This document shows, piece after piece, positions 9,118 through 23,352 of a stretch of 64,000 nucleotides of DNA. The stretch spans positions 4,096,001-4,160,000 of the forward strand of contig OZ244065.1 in the NCBI GenBank assembly GCA_965215505.1. Reading direction: 5' to 3'. How positions within the stretch are numbered: the first letter of the stretch is position 1; each line of letters starts with the position of its first letter. The DNA is from Capsulimonadaceae bacterium. GTDB lineage: Bacteria > Armatimonadota > Armatimonadia > Armatimonadales > Capsulimonadaceae. A model generated the notes under the pieces. The model did no database searches. It worked only from the letters and a program-made list of their open reading frames with translations, and was not told the DNA's origin. The position numbers and the translations under genes are program-made.

Positions 9118-9870
9118 ATGAAGATAACGACGATCTGCGGCGCACTCGCCGCGCTGATGATAACGGCGGGACCGGCCTGGAGCCAGGCGGAGATCCTCCG
9201 CCCACCCGCCGCAGTCTACACCGTCTCGCTGGGAATGACGGCGCACGGACATGGGGAAGTCAAGGCCAAGCCGGACATCGCACGGCTGACGGCGGAGGTG
9301 CTGACGCATGACAAACGCCAGGCCCAGGCGGTGCAGGACAATGCCCGCCGCATGACAGACTTGGCGGCAGCCATCAAGGGCCTCGGCGTCGCTGACAAGG
9401 ACATCCAGACGCAGAACTACACCGTCAACCCGCAGTACGACTACAGCAATGGCCGGCAGCATCTGACAGGATACGAAGTGACAAACTCCGTGCAGGTGAC
9501 TCTGCGGGACTTCATGCAGGTGGGCGCGCTGATCGACACTATGACACGGGTAGGAGTCAATCAGCTCGACGGCGTCTCCTATGACCTGTCCGACCGGGCC
9601 GCCGCCCAGGACCAGGCACTTTCCGCGGCGGTCCGCGATGCCCGGCGGCGGGCCACTTCAATGGCCGACGCGGCGGGTGTGCCGCTCGGGAGCCTGCTCT
9701 CACTCAGCGACGGCGAGCCGGCCCCCATCCAGCCGATCTTCATGCCCCGGATGCAGAACGTGATGTTGATGGGTGATGCGGCTCAGGCACCGACGACGCC
9801 GATCGCCGCCCAAGACATCACCGTGACGGCGGACGTGACGCTGGTTTATGCACTGGGGGCGGCGAAGTAG
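9118..9870 (+). CDS. SIMPL domain (DUF541) periplasmic protein
   Basis: Signal peptide; GEVKAKPDIA, KDIQTQNYTVNPQYDY, AVRDARRRA. Confidence 0.88.
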   Translation: MKITTICGALAALMITAGPAWSQAEILRPPAAVYTVSLGMTAHGHGEVKAKPDIARLTAEVLTHDKRQAQAVQDNARRMTDLAAAIKGLGVADKDIQTQNYTVNPQYDYSNGRQHLTGYEVTNSVQVTLRDFMQVGALIDTMTRVGVNQLDGVSYDLSDRAAAQDQALSAAVRDARRRATSMADAAGVPLGSLLSLSDGEPAPIQPIFMPRMQNVMLMGDAAQAPTTPIAAQDITVTADVTLVYALGAAK

Positions 9871-9890
9871 GAGAGGGCGGAGAAGATTAG

Positions 9891-9953
9891 GAGGGCGGGG
9901 GACCCCGCCCCTACGTCATGTACGACAACGTAGGGGCAGGGTTTCCCTGCCCT
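9891..9953. repeat. GTAG-type REP pair, family A variant
   Basis: gagggcgggggaccccgcccctac and gtaggggcagggtttccctgccct, between convergent genes. Confidence 0.75.
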
Positions 9954-9969
9954 CTTCTCGTTCTCTTTG

Positions 9970-10821
9970 CTATGCAGATAATGCCAGCACCCGGTTATCA
10001 ATCAGCCGCACCTTGCCGAACGTGGCCGCCACCAGCGCAATCGCGCCGCCCGCGACCGTTTCCACCTCCTGCAACGTGTCCGGGGCCGTCACAACGGCAT
10101 AGTCCAGCGCGGCAAGAGGCTCCGCCTCGATGGTCCGCCGCATCCCCTCCATGATCTCCTCAGCATCCCGCACACCCGCCTCATCGAGCGCCTGAGCGCC
10201 GTCGAGCGCACAGGCAAGCACGAGGGCCGCCGAACGCTGCTCGGGCGTCAGCCGGACATTGCGCGAGGACAGGGCCAGGCCGTCCGGCTCGCGGACAATG
10301 GGAAGGCCGATGATCTCCGTGGGGATGTCTAGGTCGCGGGCCAGCGCCTTGACGATCTGGAGCTGCTGCCAGTCCTTCTCGCCGAAATAGGCGCGGTCCG
10401 CCTGGGCGATGTTCAGCAGCTTGGCGACGACGGTCGCGACGCCCGCGAAGTGGCCGGGCCGCGATGCGCCCTCGAGTAGGCCCGACAGGGTATTGACGGT
10501 GACGGTGGTGTCGAAGCCCTGAGGGTAAATCGCCTCGGGCGTCGGGCTGAACAGAATATCTACGCCTTCGCCCTCGGCCATCCGGGCGTCACGGTCGGTG
10601 TCGCGCGGGTAGCGTGCGAAGTCCTCCCGGTCGTTGAACTGCGTCGGGTTGACGAACAGGGTCACCACGCAGAGGTCGTTGTCGGCCTTCGCCCGGTGCA
10701 TCAGGGACAGATGGCCCTCGTGGAAGGCCCCCATCGTCGGCACCAGCCCGACGGTCTTTCCCTGCCGGCGCGCGTCCCGAAGGGCGGCGCGCAGGGCACT
10801 GATCTCGCTGATGGTCTGCAT
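9970..10821 (-). CDS. panC: Pantoate--beta-alanine ligase
   Basis: VPTMGAFHEGH, FVNPTQF, RPGHF, FGEKD, ALSSRN, RLIDN. Confidence 0.96.
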   Translation of the reverse strand: MQTISEISALRAALRDARRQGKTVGLVPTMGAFHEGHLSLMHRAKADNDLCVVTLFVNPTQFNDREDFARYPRDTDRDARMAEGEGVDILFSPTPEAIYPQGFDTTVTVNTLSGLLEGASRPGHFAGVATVVAKLLNIAQADRAYFGEKDWQQLQIVKALARDLDIPTEIIGLPIVREPDGLALSSRNVRLTPEQRSAALVLACALDGAQALDEAGVRDAEEIMEGMRRTIEAEPLAALDYAVVTAPDTLQEVETVAGGAIALVAATFGKVRLIDNRVLALSA

Positions 10822-10955
10822 GAGCGTGTGCGGCCTCCTATGTGGCGATGGGCTGTGCCGGTTTAGACACCCCAAACTAGGCGAACCCACCGCGCTATTG
10901 GGCTATCGGGGGAGCCTTCCAACCTCGCAGTACGCTTCCTGGCGGACGCCCGCCG

Positions 10956-11594
10956 CTACTTCTTCTCGTCCTCACGGGTGAACAGGTAGCGGTGGCCGGT
11001 GATCTCGCCCGAGGCGTCGAAGTCATACACCAGGGGGATGCCAGTCGGGATGTTCAGCTCCAGCACCTGCTCGCGTGTCAGGTGATCCAGTTCCATGACG
11101 ATGGAGCGGAGGGAGTTGCCATGGGCGACGACCAGGACGTTCAGGCCGGCCTGGATGTCGGGCAGGATGTGGGCCTGGAAGTAGGGCAGGGTGCGGGCCG
11201 CCGTGTCCTTCAGCGACTCGCCCTTCTCGCCGGGCGGGGGGACATCGTAGGAGCGCCGCCAGATCTTGACCTGGGCGTCCCCGTATTGGGCCGCCGTCTC
11301 GGCCTTGTTCAGCCCTTGCAGGTCGCCGTAGTGGCGCTCGTTCAGGGCCTGGTCACGCTCCGTGGGCAGGTCGGCGGGCTTGCCGGCGGCTTCCAGGGCG
11401 ATCTTGGAGGTGTTGATGGCGCGCTGCAAGACGCTGGTGTAGACCTTGTCAATGGGCAGGTCGCGCAGGTGTTCGCCCGCGATGCGGGCCTCGCCCTCGC
11501 CGCGCGGGGTCAGCGGCACGTCCACCCAGCCGGTGAAGCGGTTCTCGAGGTTCCACTGCGACTCGCCGTGTCGCACTAAGATCAGGTTGGGCAT
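10956..11594 (-). CDS. gpmA: 2,3-bisphosphoglycerate-dependent phosphoglycerate mutase
   Basis: LVRHGESQWNLENRFTGW, LNERHYG, AHGNSLR. Confidence 0.95.
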   Translation of the reverse strand: MPNLILVRHGESQWNLENRFTGWVDVPLTPRGEGEARIAGEHLRDLPIDKVYTSVLQRAINTSKIALEAAGKPADLPTERDQALNERHYGDLQGLNKAETAAQYGDAQVKIWRRSYDVPPPGEKGESLKDTAARTLPYFQAHILPDIQAGLNVLVVAHGNSLRSIVMELDHLTREQVLELNIPTGIPLVYDFDASGEITGHRYLFTREDEKK

Positions 11595-11694
11595 GTTGGG
11601 GCAGGCTCCTTGGGTGATTTCGCTTGGGGCAGTATACCCCAGGCGTGAAAAAAGGCCGCAGGGACGATCCCTGCGGCCCGATGGGCACGGGAGG

Positions 11695-12081
11695 TCAGAG
11701 GCCAGCGGATTGACGGGCGATCTTGCCGATGATGGGGATCTCGTACCAGTCGCCGTTGTTGGCGGCCATGCCGGCGAGGATGCTGAAGACCAGGCCGAGT
11801 ATCCAGAACGCGGGGCCTGTGATGAACCCGATGAGGAAGACGACCAAGACGCTGGACAGGATGTAGCCGATCGTGACGGCGGCGTGGAGAAGCAGCGCCT
11901 GGAGTGCATGGTAGGCGACGAATTTCGACTGGTCTTTCTTGATCAGCCAGAGGACGAGGGGACCGACGAAACCGGTAAAGACGCCCAGGATGTAGGACAG
12001 CATCGCCATGGTCTTGTCGTCCTGGGAAATACCCGGCGCGTTGTAGGGCGGGATGCTGCTTTCGGGGGTCGGTATGCTCAT
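11695..12081 (-). CDS. DUF4870 membrane protein
   Basis: DDKTMAMLSY...PLVLWLIKKDQSKFVAYHALQA...YEIPIIG. Confidence 0.85.
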   Translation of the reverse strand: MSIPTPESSIPPYNAPGISQDDKTMAMLSYILGVFTGFVGPLVLWLIKKDQSKFVAYHALQALLLHAAVTIGYILSSVLVVFLIGFITGPAFWILGLVFSILAGMAANNGDWYEIPIIGKIARQSAGL

Positions 12082-12137
12082 GTGATGTCACTCCTTCAAC
12101 TTTACAGAACTTTAGAAAAGCGACTTACAGAGAACGG

Positions 12138-12938
12138 CTACGGGAACTGACCGGACTCCACCTCCTCTCGATAGGCGTTAAGGGCGCGCGCGATCTCCGC
12201 GCCGACCTGGGCGTACTGCCGGACATGCCGCAATGCCGGGCGGTCCGGGCGCAGGCCGAGGAGGTCCGACGTCACCAGCACCTGGCCGTCGCACCCCGCC
12301 CCGGCCCCGATGCCGACCGTCGGGATCAGGAGGGCGGCGGTGATCTGGGCGGCCAGTGCGTCCGGGATCAGCTCCAGGACGACGGCGAACGCGCCCGCCT
12401 CCTGCACGGCTAGGGCGTCTTCCATGACTTGTTTCGCCCCCGCCTCATCCTTGCCCTGCTTCCGCAGGCCGATCTGGTGGACGCTCTGGGGCGTGAACCC
12501 GATGTGGGCCATGACGGGGATGCCCGCCTGGACCAGCCGCCGGATCGTCGGGGCGACGGTGACGCCGCCCTCCAGCTTGACCGCCCCGGCCTCCCCCTCC
12601 TGCATCAAGCGCCCCGCGTTGCGGACGGCCTCGTCGGCGTTCACCTGATAGGAGAGGAACGGCATGTCGGCCAGCAGCAGTGCGCGCCGCGTCCCGCGCC
12701 GGACGGCCTTGGTATGGTGCAGCATGACTTCCATCGTCACCGGGACGGTGGTGTCGTAGCCTAATTCTTCCATGCCGAGCGAGTCGCCCACGAGGACGAT
12801 GTCCACGCCGGACCCGTCCACCAGGAGGGCGGTCGGGTAGTCGTAGGCGGTCAGGGCGGTGACTTTCTGGCCGCGCCGCTTCTTCTGCGCCAGACTCGCC
12901 AGGGTCACTTTGTCTTTCAGTTCAGGGTATGCGTTCAT
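12138..12938 (-). CDS. panB: 3-methyl-2-oxobutanoate hydroxymethyltransferase
   Basis: LTAYD, LVGDSLG, DMPF, VKLEGG, GIGAG, DGQVLV. Confidence 0.96.
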   Translation of the reverse strand: MNAYPELKDKVTLASLAQKKRRGQKVTALTAYDYPTALLVDGSGVDIVLVGDSLGMEELGYDTTVPVTMEVMLHHTKAVRRGTRRALLLADMPFLSYQVNADEAVRNAGRLMQEGEAGAVKLEGGVTVAPTIRRLVQAGIPVMAHIGFTPQSVHQIGLRKQGKDEAGAKQVMEDALAVQEAGAFAVVLELIPDALAAQITAALLIPTVGIGAGAGCDGQVLVTSDLLGLRPDRPALRHVRQYAQVGAEIARALNAYREEVESGQFP

Positions 12939-12961
12939 GTTGTTGTTATGTTGTTATAGAA

Positions 12962-13051
12962 TTACCAGAGGCGGCTGACACCGCAGGCGTCCAGCGCCGG
13001 GTCGCCGAAGGCGTACCACAGGATGCTCTGTGTGTCCAGAATCAGGCGCAT
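12962..13051 (-). pseudogene. Truncated PIN/VapC toxin remnant (29 codons)
   Basis: MRLILDTQSILWYAFGDPAL..., a typical VapC N-terminus; ATG overlaps the antitoxin TGA; stops after 29 aa. Confidence 0.75.
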
Positions 13052-13287
13052 CACATATAATCCTTAAAGTCTTCCATGGGTGCGTCAAAATCATCGGCCA
13101 TGTAGATCAGATCATCTCTGGCATTGCCGAAATGCGAGACTGCTGCTGTTGACTTCTCTTCTGGCAGCGGGATGAGCTTGGCGACGGGGGTGCTGTCGCG
13201 CAGGATGATGACCTCTTCGCCCCGGCGGACTTGCTCCACGAGGTGAGCGAGCTGGCTGTCGGCGTTTTCGAGCATGACTTGGGACAT
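13051..13287 (-). CDS. Phd/YefM family antitoxin
   Basis: LAHLVEQVRRGEEVIILRDSTPVAKLIP...MADDFDAPMEDFKDYM. Confidence 0.88.
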   Translation of the reverse strand: MSQVMLENADSQLAHLVEQVRRGEEVIILRDSTPVAKLIPLPEEKSTAAVSHFGNARDDLIYMADDFDAPMEDFKDYM

Positions 13288-13333
13288 GAGCGGCCTCCTA
13301 AAGCTACGGCATACGGGATCAAGTATACCCGCG

Positions 13334-13363
13334 TTGACAACGGGGACGCCGCCGGGTTACAAT
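13334..13363 (+). promoter_or_regulatory. Sigma70 promoter of cmk, probably leaderless
   Basis: ttgaca-N18-tacaat, 5 nt before in-frame ATG 13369. Confidence 0.65.
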
Positions 13364-13368
13364 GGGCC

Positions 13369-14088
13369 ATGATTGCTGCCGAACCTCTTTCCCTCATGGA
13401 ACCACCTGAAACCGTGCCGAGAACCCTGCGCGTCGCCATTGACGGGCCGGCGGGCGCGGGCAAAAGCACGGTCGCCCGTCGGGTCGCGGCCCGCCTGGGC
13501 TACACCTATGTGGACACCGGCGCGATGTACCGCGCCCTGGCCTGGGCCGTGCTTGATGCCCACGTCCCGCCCGGCGACGCCGACGCGGTCTGCGCGCTGG
13601 CCGCCCGGCTGGACGTCCACCTGGAGCCGGGCGGGCGCGTACTGGTGGACGGGCGGGACGTGGCCGGGGAGATTCGGACGCCCGAGATCAGCAACCTGAC
13701 CTCGCCGCTCTCCGCCCTGCCCTGCGTGCGGACCCGGATGGTCGCCTTGCAGCAGGCGATGGCCCGGCGCGGCGGCGTGGTGATGGAGGGCCGGGACATC
13801 GGGACCGTCGTCCTGCCGGACGCCGAGGTCAAGGTCTTCCTGGTCGCCTCGCTGGCCGAGCGGGTACGGCGGCGGGGGGAGGAGCTGGCCCTGTCCGGCA
13901 GCGCGCCGCCTCCCAAGGAGCTGGCACGGGACATCGCCGCGCGGGACGCCCGCGATGCCGCCCGCGATGTCGCGCCGATGGTGGCCGCCCGCGACGCCGT
14001 GACCCTGGACAGCGACGGCCTCGACATCGACGCGGTCGTGGACAAGATACTTGCCCTGTGCGCCGGAGCGGAGGCAAAAAATGGCTGA
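13369..14088 (+). CDS. cmk: Cytidylate kinase
   Basis: VAIDGPAGAGKST, DTGAMYR, MEGRDIGTVV; start 13369 or 13396. Confidence 0.95.
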   Translation: MIAAEPLSLMEPPETVPRTLRVAIDGPAGAGKSTVARRVAARLGYTYVDTGAMYRALAWAVLDAHVPPGDADAVCALAARLDVHLEPGGRVLVDGRDVAGEIRTPEISNLTSPLSALPCVRTRMVALQQAMARRGGVVMEGRDIGTVVLPDAEVKVFLVASLAERVRRRGEELALSGSAPPPKELARDIAARDARDAARDVAPMVAARDAVTLDSDGLDIDAVVDKILALCAGAEAKNG

Positions 14089-14914
14089 CAAGAAGCTTGC
14101 CGGAATGACCCCCGAGGACTTCCCGCCCGACACGCACTCGCGCGCCTACGCGATCACGCGCGTCTTTGTACGCCTGCTGATGCCGATCCTCGGCGGGATC
14201 ACGGTGCGCGGCGGGGAGAACATCCCGCCGCGCGGCCCCGTCCTGCTGGCGATCAACCACCGCTCCTACATGGACCCGCCGTACCTCTCGATGGTCACCG
14301 GGCGGCAGCTCCACCTGATGGCGAAGGAGCCGCTGTTTGAGATCCCCGTCTTCGGCCCGTACATCCGTGCCTTGGGCGCTTTCCCGGTCAAGCGCGGCGC
14401 GGCGGACCGGGGGGCGATCCGGCAGGCGATGGACGAGCTGAAGGCCGGGCACGTCCTGGGCATCTTCCCCGAGGGGACGCGGGCCGATCCAGGGACATTG
14501 CTGCCCGCCGAGCGTGGCTTCGCCCTGATCGCCAAGCAGACCGGCATCCCCATCGTGGCCGTCGCCCTGGAAGGGACGGACCTCGTCCACCCGAAGCACG
14601 CCAAGCGGCTGCACCGCGCCCACGTCACGGCCACCATCGGTAAACCCGTCACGGCGGCGGAGATGCTGGCGGCGAACGCCGATCCGGACAAGGACGCCCT
14701 GACGATCATCGGGGAGGCGACCACGCGGATGATCGCCGCCCTGATGACCGGCCCGGTCACGATCCTGGAAGCGCCGGCCGGGGATGGGGTGGCAGAGGAC
14801 CAGCCGGCGGAGAGGGGCGGGGGTAACAGTACACAGAAAAAGCGGCTCGCCCTCCTGGCTGTCGGCGCGGTCGGGATTATCCTGTTCCTCGCTGCGCGGT
14901 CAAAGCGCCGATGA
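14081..14914 (+). CDS. plsC: 1-acyl-sn-glycerol-3-phosphate acyltransferase
   Basis: NHRSYMD and IFPEGTR motifs; overlaps the end of cmk. Confidence 0.88.
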   Translation: MADKKLAGMTPEDFPPDTHSRAYAITRVFVRLLMPILGGITVRGGENIPPRGPVLLAINHRSYMDPPYLSMVTGRQLHLMAKEPLFEIPVFGPYIRALGAFPVKRGAADRGAIRQAMDELKAGHVLGIFPEGTRADPGTLLPAERGFALIAKQTGIPIVAVALEGTDLVHPKHAKRLHRAHVTATIGKPVTAAEMLAANADPDKDALTIIGEATTRMIAALMTGPVTILEAPAGDGVAEDQPAERGGGNSTQKKRLALLAVGAVGIILFLAARSKRR

Positions 14915-14936
14915 TCGCAGGGGACGGAGGCTTGGA

Positions 14937-15995
14937 ATGAAAACACGCGCTTTTGCGGGCCTCGCGGCACTGATGCTCGCGGTCCCACTGATGCCCGCCA
15001 TGACCCGCGCCACATCCGCCGGCCCGCCCCTGCCGACGGCGGCGCAGCTCTCGCGGCTGCGTCTGGGCGACGGGTTCACATTGGTCTACCAGGTGACGGC
15101 GCGGGATCTCCGGCCCCCGGACCTGCGCGCCAAGGAGATGGCGGAGGCAAGACAAGCGACCGGCGAGGCGCTGGCGGCGGGACGGCTGCCGAAGCAGATG
15201 GCCGACTACTATGAGGTGCAGAACGAGGCCCTGGGCAGGCCACGACCCGAGGAACGGTTCACCATCACCCTCTCTGCCCGTGACGGCCAGCTCCTGTACC
15301 TGAGTACGCGCGGCGCAACGCCTGGAAAGCAGGTGACACGTCAGGCGATCCTTCTGGACGCCGACAAGGAGTACGAGGCGAACGGCAAGACGTCAGCGAT
15401 GATCAACGATGACGGGTGGCGGAGTGCGCCCGTCTACCGGAGTGAGAACGTGGATCGGCTTGCCTTCTGCCCCCTGCCGGGTGTGGGCCTGCCCGGCGTG
15501 GATTTGATCCAGTCCCCTGTGCGGGCAGGCGGTGCCGCGGACGGGCACGTCCGCTTCACGGGGCGGGTGCCGCGCCTCAACCTGATAGACGGCGACACGC
15601 CCTACAGGGCCGGCGTGCTGGAAGCGGTGCTGTTCCAAGGGCGTCTCAAAGTCGTCTCGCTCACTGTCGGGCCGCCGGCGGCACCGGAGCAGTCGTGGCG
15701 CATCACAGCCTCCCGGCTGGTGCAGGATCACTGGCTCGGGTCCGGAATGCGGATGACGACCTACGAGGCCGGTACGCCCACGTCCGAGGCGGAGTATCAG
15801 CTAGTGGAGGCGCGTGCGACGGCGCTGGAAACCCCCGCTTTCGACATGGAGACTTACCTCGACAAAGGCGCGAGTGTCTTTGACGGCTCAACCGGCAGCT
15901 CAATCAACTTCACCTATGACCCGCAGGAGGGCAGTCTGAAAGACCAGGCGGCAAAGGCGCGCACCGCCCAGGCCGTGAAAGACGACAAAAAATAG
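14937..15995 (+). CDS. Hypothetical secreted protein
   Basis: Signal peptide MKTRAFAGLAALMLAVP; long open frame. Confidence 0.65.
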   Translation: MKTRAFAGLAALMLAVPLMPAMTRATSAGPPLPTAAQLSRLRLGDGFTLVYQVTARDLRPPDLRAKEMAEARQATGEALAAGRLPKQMADYYEVQNEALGRPRPEERFTITLSARDGQLLYLSTRGATPGKQVTRQAILLDADKEYEANGKTSAMINDDGWRSAPVYRSENVDRLAFCPLPGVGLPGVDLIQSPVRAGGAADGHVRFTGRVPRLNLIDGDTPYRAGVLEAVLFQGRLKVVSLTVGPPAAPEQSWRITASRLVQDHWLGSGMRMTTYEAGTPTSEAEYQLVEARATALETPAFDMETYLDKGASVFDGSTGSSINFTYDPQEGSLKDQAAKARTAQAVKDDKK

Positions 15996-16400
15996 TTTCC
16001 AGAACCCCTTGACTCTCGTGGCGGCAGGAGCCATAATACTCCTCGTTGCCCGGTCAAAGCACCAGCGACACGGACCGCGCCCTGGACGGCAAGACGGCGA
16101 CCGAAAACAATCCAAAAGAAAGTTTTCCGAACCCCTTGACAAACCGAAAACGCGGTGCCATAATATCCCTCGTTGCCCGGCCAGAGCGCTGGACAGCGGG
16201 AACCGCCGGAAAGCATCCTGAAAAAATACTTTCCAAACCCCTTGACAAAAGGGACGCGGTTCTGATATACTAAATCTTGTCGCCGGGCCACAGAGCCAGC
16301 GACAAAGCGACGCTGAAAAGCGAAGCGAAAAAAGAATTGAAAAACTTTGACGAAGGGCTTGACAAACCGGAAACGGTTGGTGTATACTATCCCTCGTCAC
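15990..16400 (+). promoter_or_regulatory. Four tandem rRNA promoters in imperfect repeats of about 105-127 bp
   Basis: -35/-10 pairs at 16009/16032, 16136/16159, 16242/16266 and 16359/16383 (ttgacw-N17/18-cataat or tatact), each preceded by A-tracts. Confidence 0.85.
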
Positions 16401-16806
16401 TAAGCCGAAGAGCAACGACCTCCGCGCTGCAAGGGTAACCGAGTGGGGGTGACAGACGAATTGAAAAGCGTCCGCGCCATCAATTATCTTCACCTAGCCA
16501 AACGGACTATCCAAGCGATAGCGTGGTTTTTTATTGCTCTATCCAAACAGGTAAAAGCCTGGTCGGCGATGCACATTGAAAACTAAATAGTGGAATCGTG
16601 AAATGAACCTTTGAGCAATTAGACCTTGCGTGCTGTGATCTTCGGATTGCAGACATGCAGGAAACTAAAAAGTAACAAAGAAGCCAAGGAAGTTTTAACG
16701 AGGCTCTCTGCAAAGAGAAGTCCTCAAAACTGGAACCGTGTACCTAGCCGGACACGGTATCTCAGACAATCCAAGTTTGCTCTACCCTTCGGGGTTTAAC
16801 AATACA

Positions 16807-18328
<1,522 letters not shown>

Positions 18329-18604
18329 ATCTTGGCTGCTAGTCGTCTCCTACCTCGGTAGGAGCGCAAAGCGCCGATCACAGGTCGATCTTTCTTGGAA
18401 CTACTTTTTTGTTACTGCTCAATTGTTCATTTCACGAGACCCTATTTAGTTTTCAATGTGCATTGTCATCGTTTTGACAACACAGCAGCCAGCGAGAGTT
18501 TATGACCATTCTCATTCAGGCAACCGCATAAGATACGGAACAATCGTTTCGCACTCCTCACAAGGGAAGGCACGGTTGCCTTCCCTTTTGCGTTGCCGAC
18601 CTGG

Positions 18605-18681
18605 GGGCCTATAGCTCAGTTGGTTAGAGCACTCGGCTGATAACCGAGAGGTCAGAGGTTCGAGTCCTCTTGGGCCCACCA
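18605..18681 (+). tRNA. tRNA-Ile(GAT)
   Basis: Cloverleaf, anticodon arm ctcgg-ctgataa-ccgag, CCA encoded. Confidence 0.96.
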
Positions 18682-18705
18682 ACCCCTTTCACAAGGTTAT
18701 CGCCT

Positions 18706-18778
18706 GGGGAATTAGCTCAGTTGGTAGAGCGCTACTTTTGCAAAGTAGATGTCAGCGGTTCGAACCCGCTATTCTCCA
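18706..18778 (+). tRNA. tRNA-Ala(TGC), CCA not encoded
   Basis: Anticodon arm ctact-tttgcaa-agtag; G3:U70 pair; followed by ct instead of cca. Confidence 0.95.
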
Positions 18779-19068
18779 CTGATGCTTTCGCATCCTGCAC
18801 ATTAAGATTTGAGTTCTGTCGCCGCGTAACAAAGTTTCACGCACCAAGGCTTGACAAACTCGTAAGGTTTGCGGTAACATAATTGCCGCGAAGAAATCAC
18901 CGACCAGCCCTCATCGTTAGGGAGCGGTGCCGGAGAGAAGCAAATGCTCCTCTTCAACTGTCCTTTGACAACTGCATAAAGAAAAACAAACGGGTAAACA
19001 GCATTACAATTTCATCGATGCTGTCAGCGTAGCAATATGTCTGTCAGTGAAGAGAAAAACCTTTGAGT

Positions 19069-21999
<2,931 letters not shown>

Positions 22000-22089
22000 A
22001 CAAAAACTCAGCAATAATCGCTGTGAACCGTTTGTTTTTTGATATGCAGTTGTCCAAGGACAGCCCCTTCGGGGGATGTCCTAACGATT

Positions 22090-22204
<115 letters not shown>

Positions 22205-22212
22205 TTATTGTC

Positions 22213-22255
22213 AAGAAGCCGCCGCGCTCCCCGGAGCGTGGCGGCTTCTTTGTTT
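22213..22255 (+). terminator. rrn intrinsic terminator
   Basis: aagaagccgccgcgctcc-cc-ggagcgtggcggcttctt-tgttt. Confidence 0.85.
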
Positions 22256-22270
22256 GTGGTAGGTTCCCCC

Positions 22271-23227
22271 ATGACCCTCTTCGCCGTCGTCCTGCGTGCG
22301 CTCACACCTCTGTTCCTGCTGATCGTCCTGGGCAGTCTCCTGCGGCGGTCGCGCGTCCTGCACACGGCCCACGTCCCCGTCCTGAACGGGCTGGTCGTTC
22401 AGGTGACGTTGCCAGCTCTGATCTTCCTGGCCCTGACGCGCGCGCCCGCCCTGCCCGCCTCTGATGCCCGCCTGCCGGTTGCCTTCTGGCTGGCCGAGGC
22501 GGTGACTATGGCGCTCGGCTATGCTCTAGGCCGGCTCGCACGGCTGCCGCGCCTTGCCCTCGGCGCGCTCCTGATCGTGGGCGTCTTCGGCAACACGGCC
22601 TTCCTCGGCTACCCCGTCACGCTGTCGCTCCTGCCGGGCCACTTCCCCCAGACCGTCCTGCTTGACGAATTCGGCTGCGTCCTCCCCCTGTATGTCAGCG
22701 GTGCGCTTATCGGCGGTGCCTTCGGCTCCCAGGGCGGCGACTGGCGCGCAGCGATGCTGCGGTTCGCCCGCTCTCCCCTCTTTGTGTCAGTGGTTGCTGC
22801 GCTCGCCGTTCGCCTCATGCCGTGGCCGCACGCGATCACGGCCCTGCCGGGTGCAGCCGCCGCCGGGTCGGTGTTCTCCCACTGCCTCTCCTACTTAGCC
22901 CAGGGAACAACTCCCCTCATCCTGCTGTCCGTAGGGGTGTCCCTCCAGCCGCGCGCCGCCCTGGATGCGCCCCATGCGTCCCTGCTGCCGTGCCTGCTCA
23001 AGCTGGTCGTCTGCCCCGTCTCCATGTGGGGGGCCTGTCACCTGCTGGGGCTTCATGGGGAAATGCTGCGCGTCGGCGTGCTGCAAGCCTCCATGCCGAC
23101 CAGCGTACTGGCCTCGGTGCTGTGCGCGCACAACGACATGGAAGGCCCGCTGGCCGTCGGCGTCGTCTTCCTGACGACGACACTGTGCCTCGTCAGCCTG
23201 CCTCTGATGCTCACGTTCCTGCATTGA
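22271..23227 (+). CDS. AEC family transporter
   Basis: About 10 TM segments; VTLPALIF, FGNTAFLGYP, LQASMP. Confidence 0.85.
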   Translation: MTLFAVVLRALTPLFLLIVLGSLLRRSRVLHTAHVPVLNGLVVQVTLPALIFLALTRAPALPASDARLPVAFWLAEAVTMALGYALGRLARLPRLALGALLIVGVFGNTAFLGYPVTLSLLPGHFPQTVLLDEFGCVLPLYVSGALIGGAFGSQGGDWRAAMLRFARSPLFVSVVAALAVRLMPWPHAITALPGAAAAGSVFSHCLSYLAQGTTPLILLSVGVSLQPRAALDAPHASLLPCLLKLVVCPVSMWGACHLLGLHGEMLRVGVLQASMPTSVLASVLCAHNDMEGPLAVGVVFLTTTLCLVSLPLMLTFLH

Positions 23228-23352
23228 CACTCATTGATGCCGCCCCATACAGTATAATGACGGTGCAGAGCGGAGTGCAGAAAGCGGCGCGTCCTGCCGA
23301 CAATAGAGTGTTCGCTCATTTTTGCCCTTGCTTCCGAGAGGTTAATCTCTTT

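Noticed and set aside
10822-10955. Possible pan-motif or riboswitch RNA upstream of panC
   Set aside because: Only weak hairpins are visible; cannot be supported without an Infernal/Rfam search
15990-16400. Possible CRISPR array
   Set aside because: Units are degenerate, over 100 bp long and each contains -35/-10 boxes; no cas genes in the window
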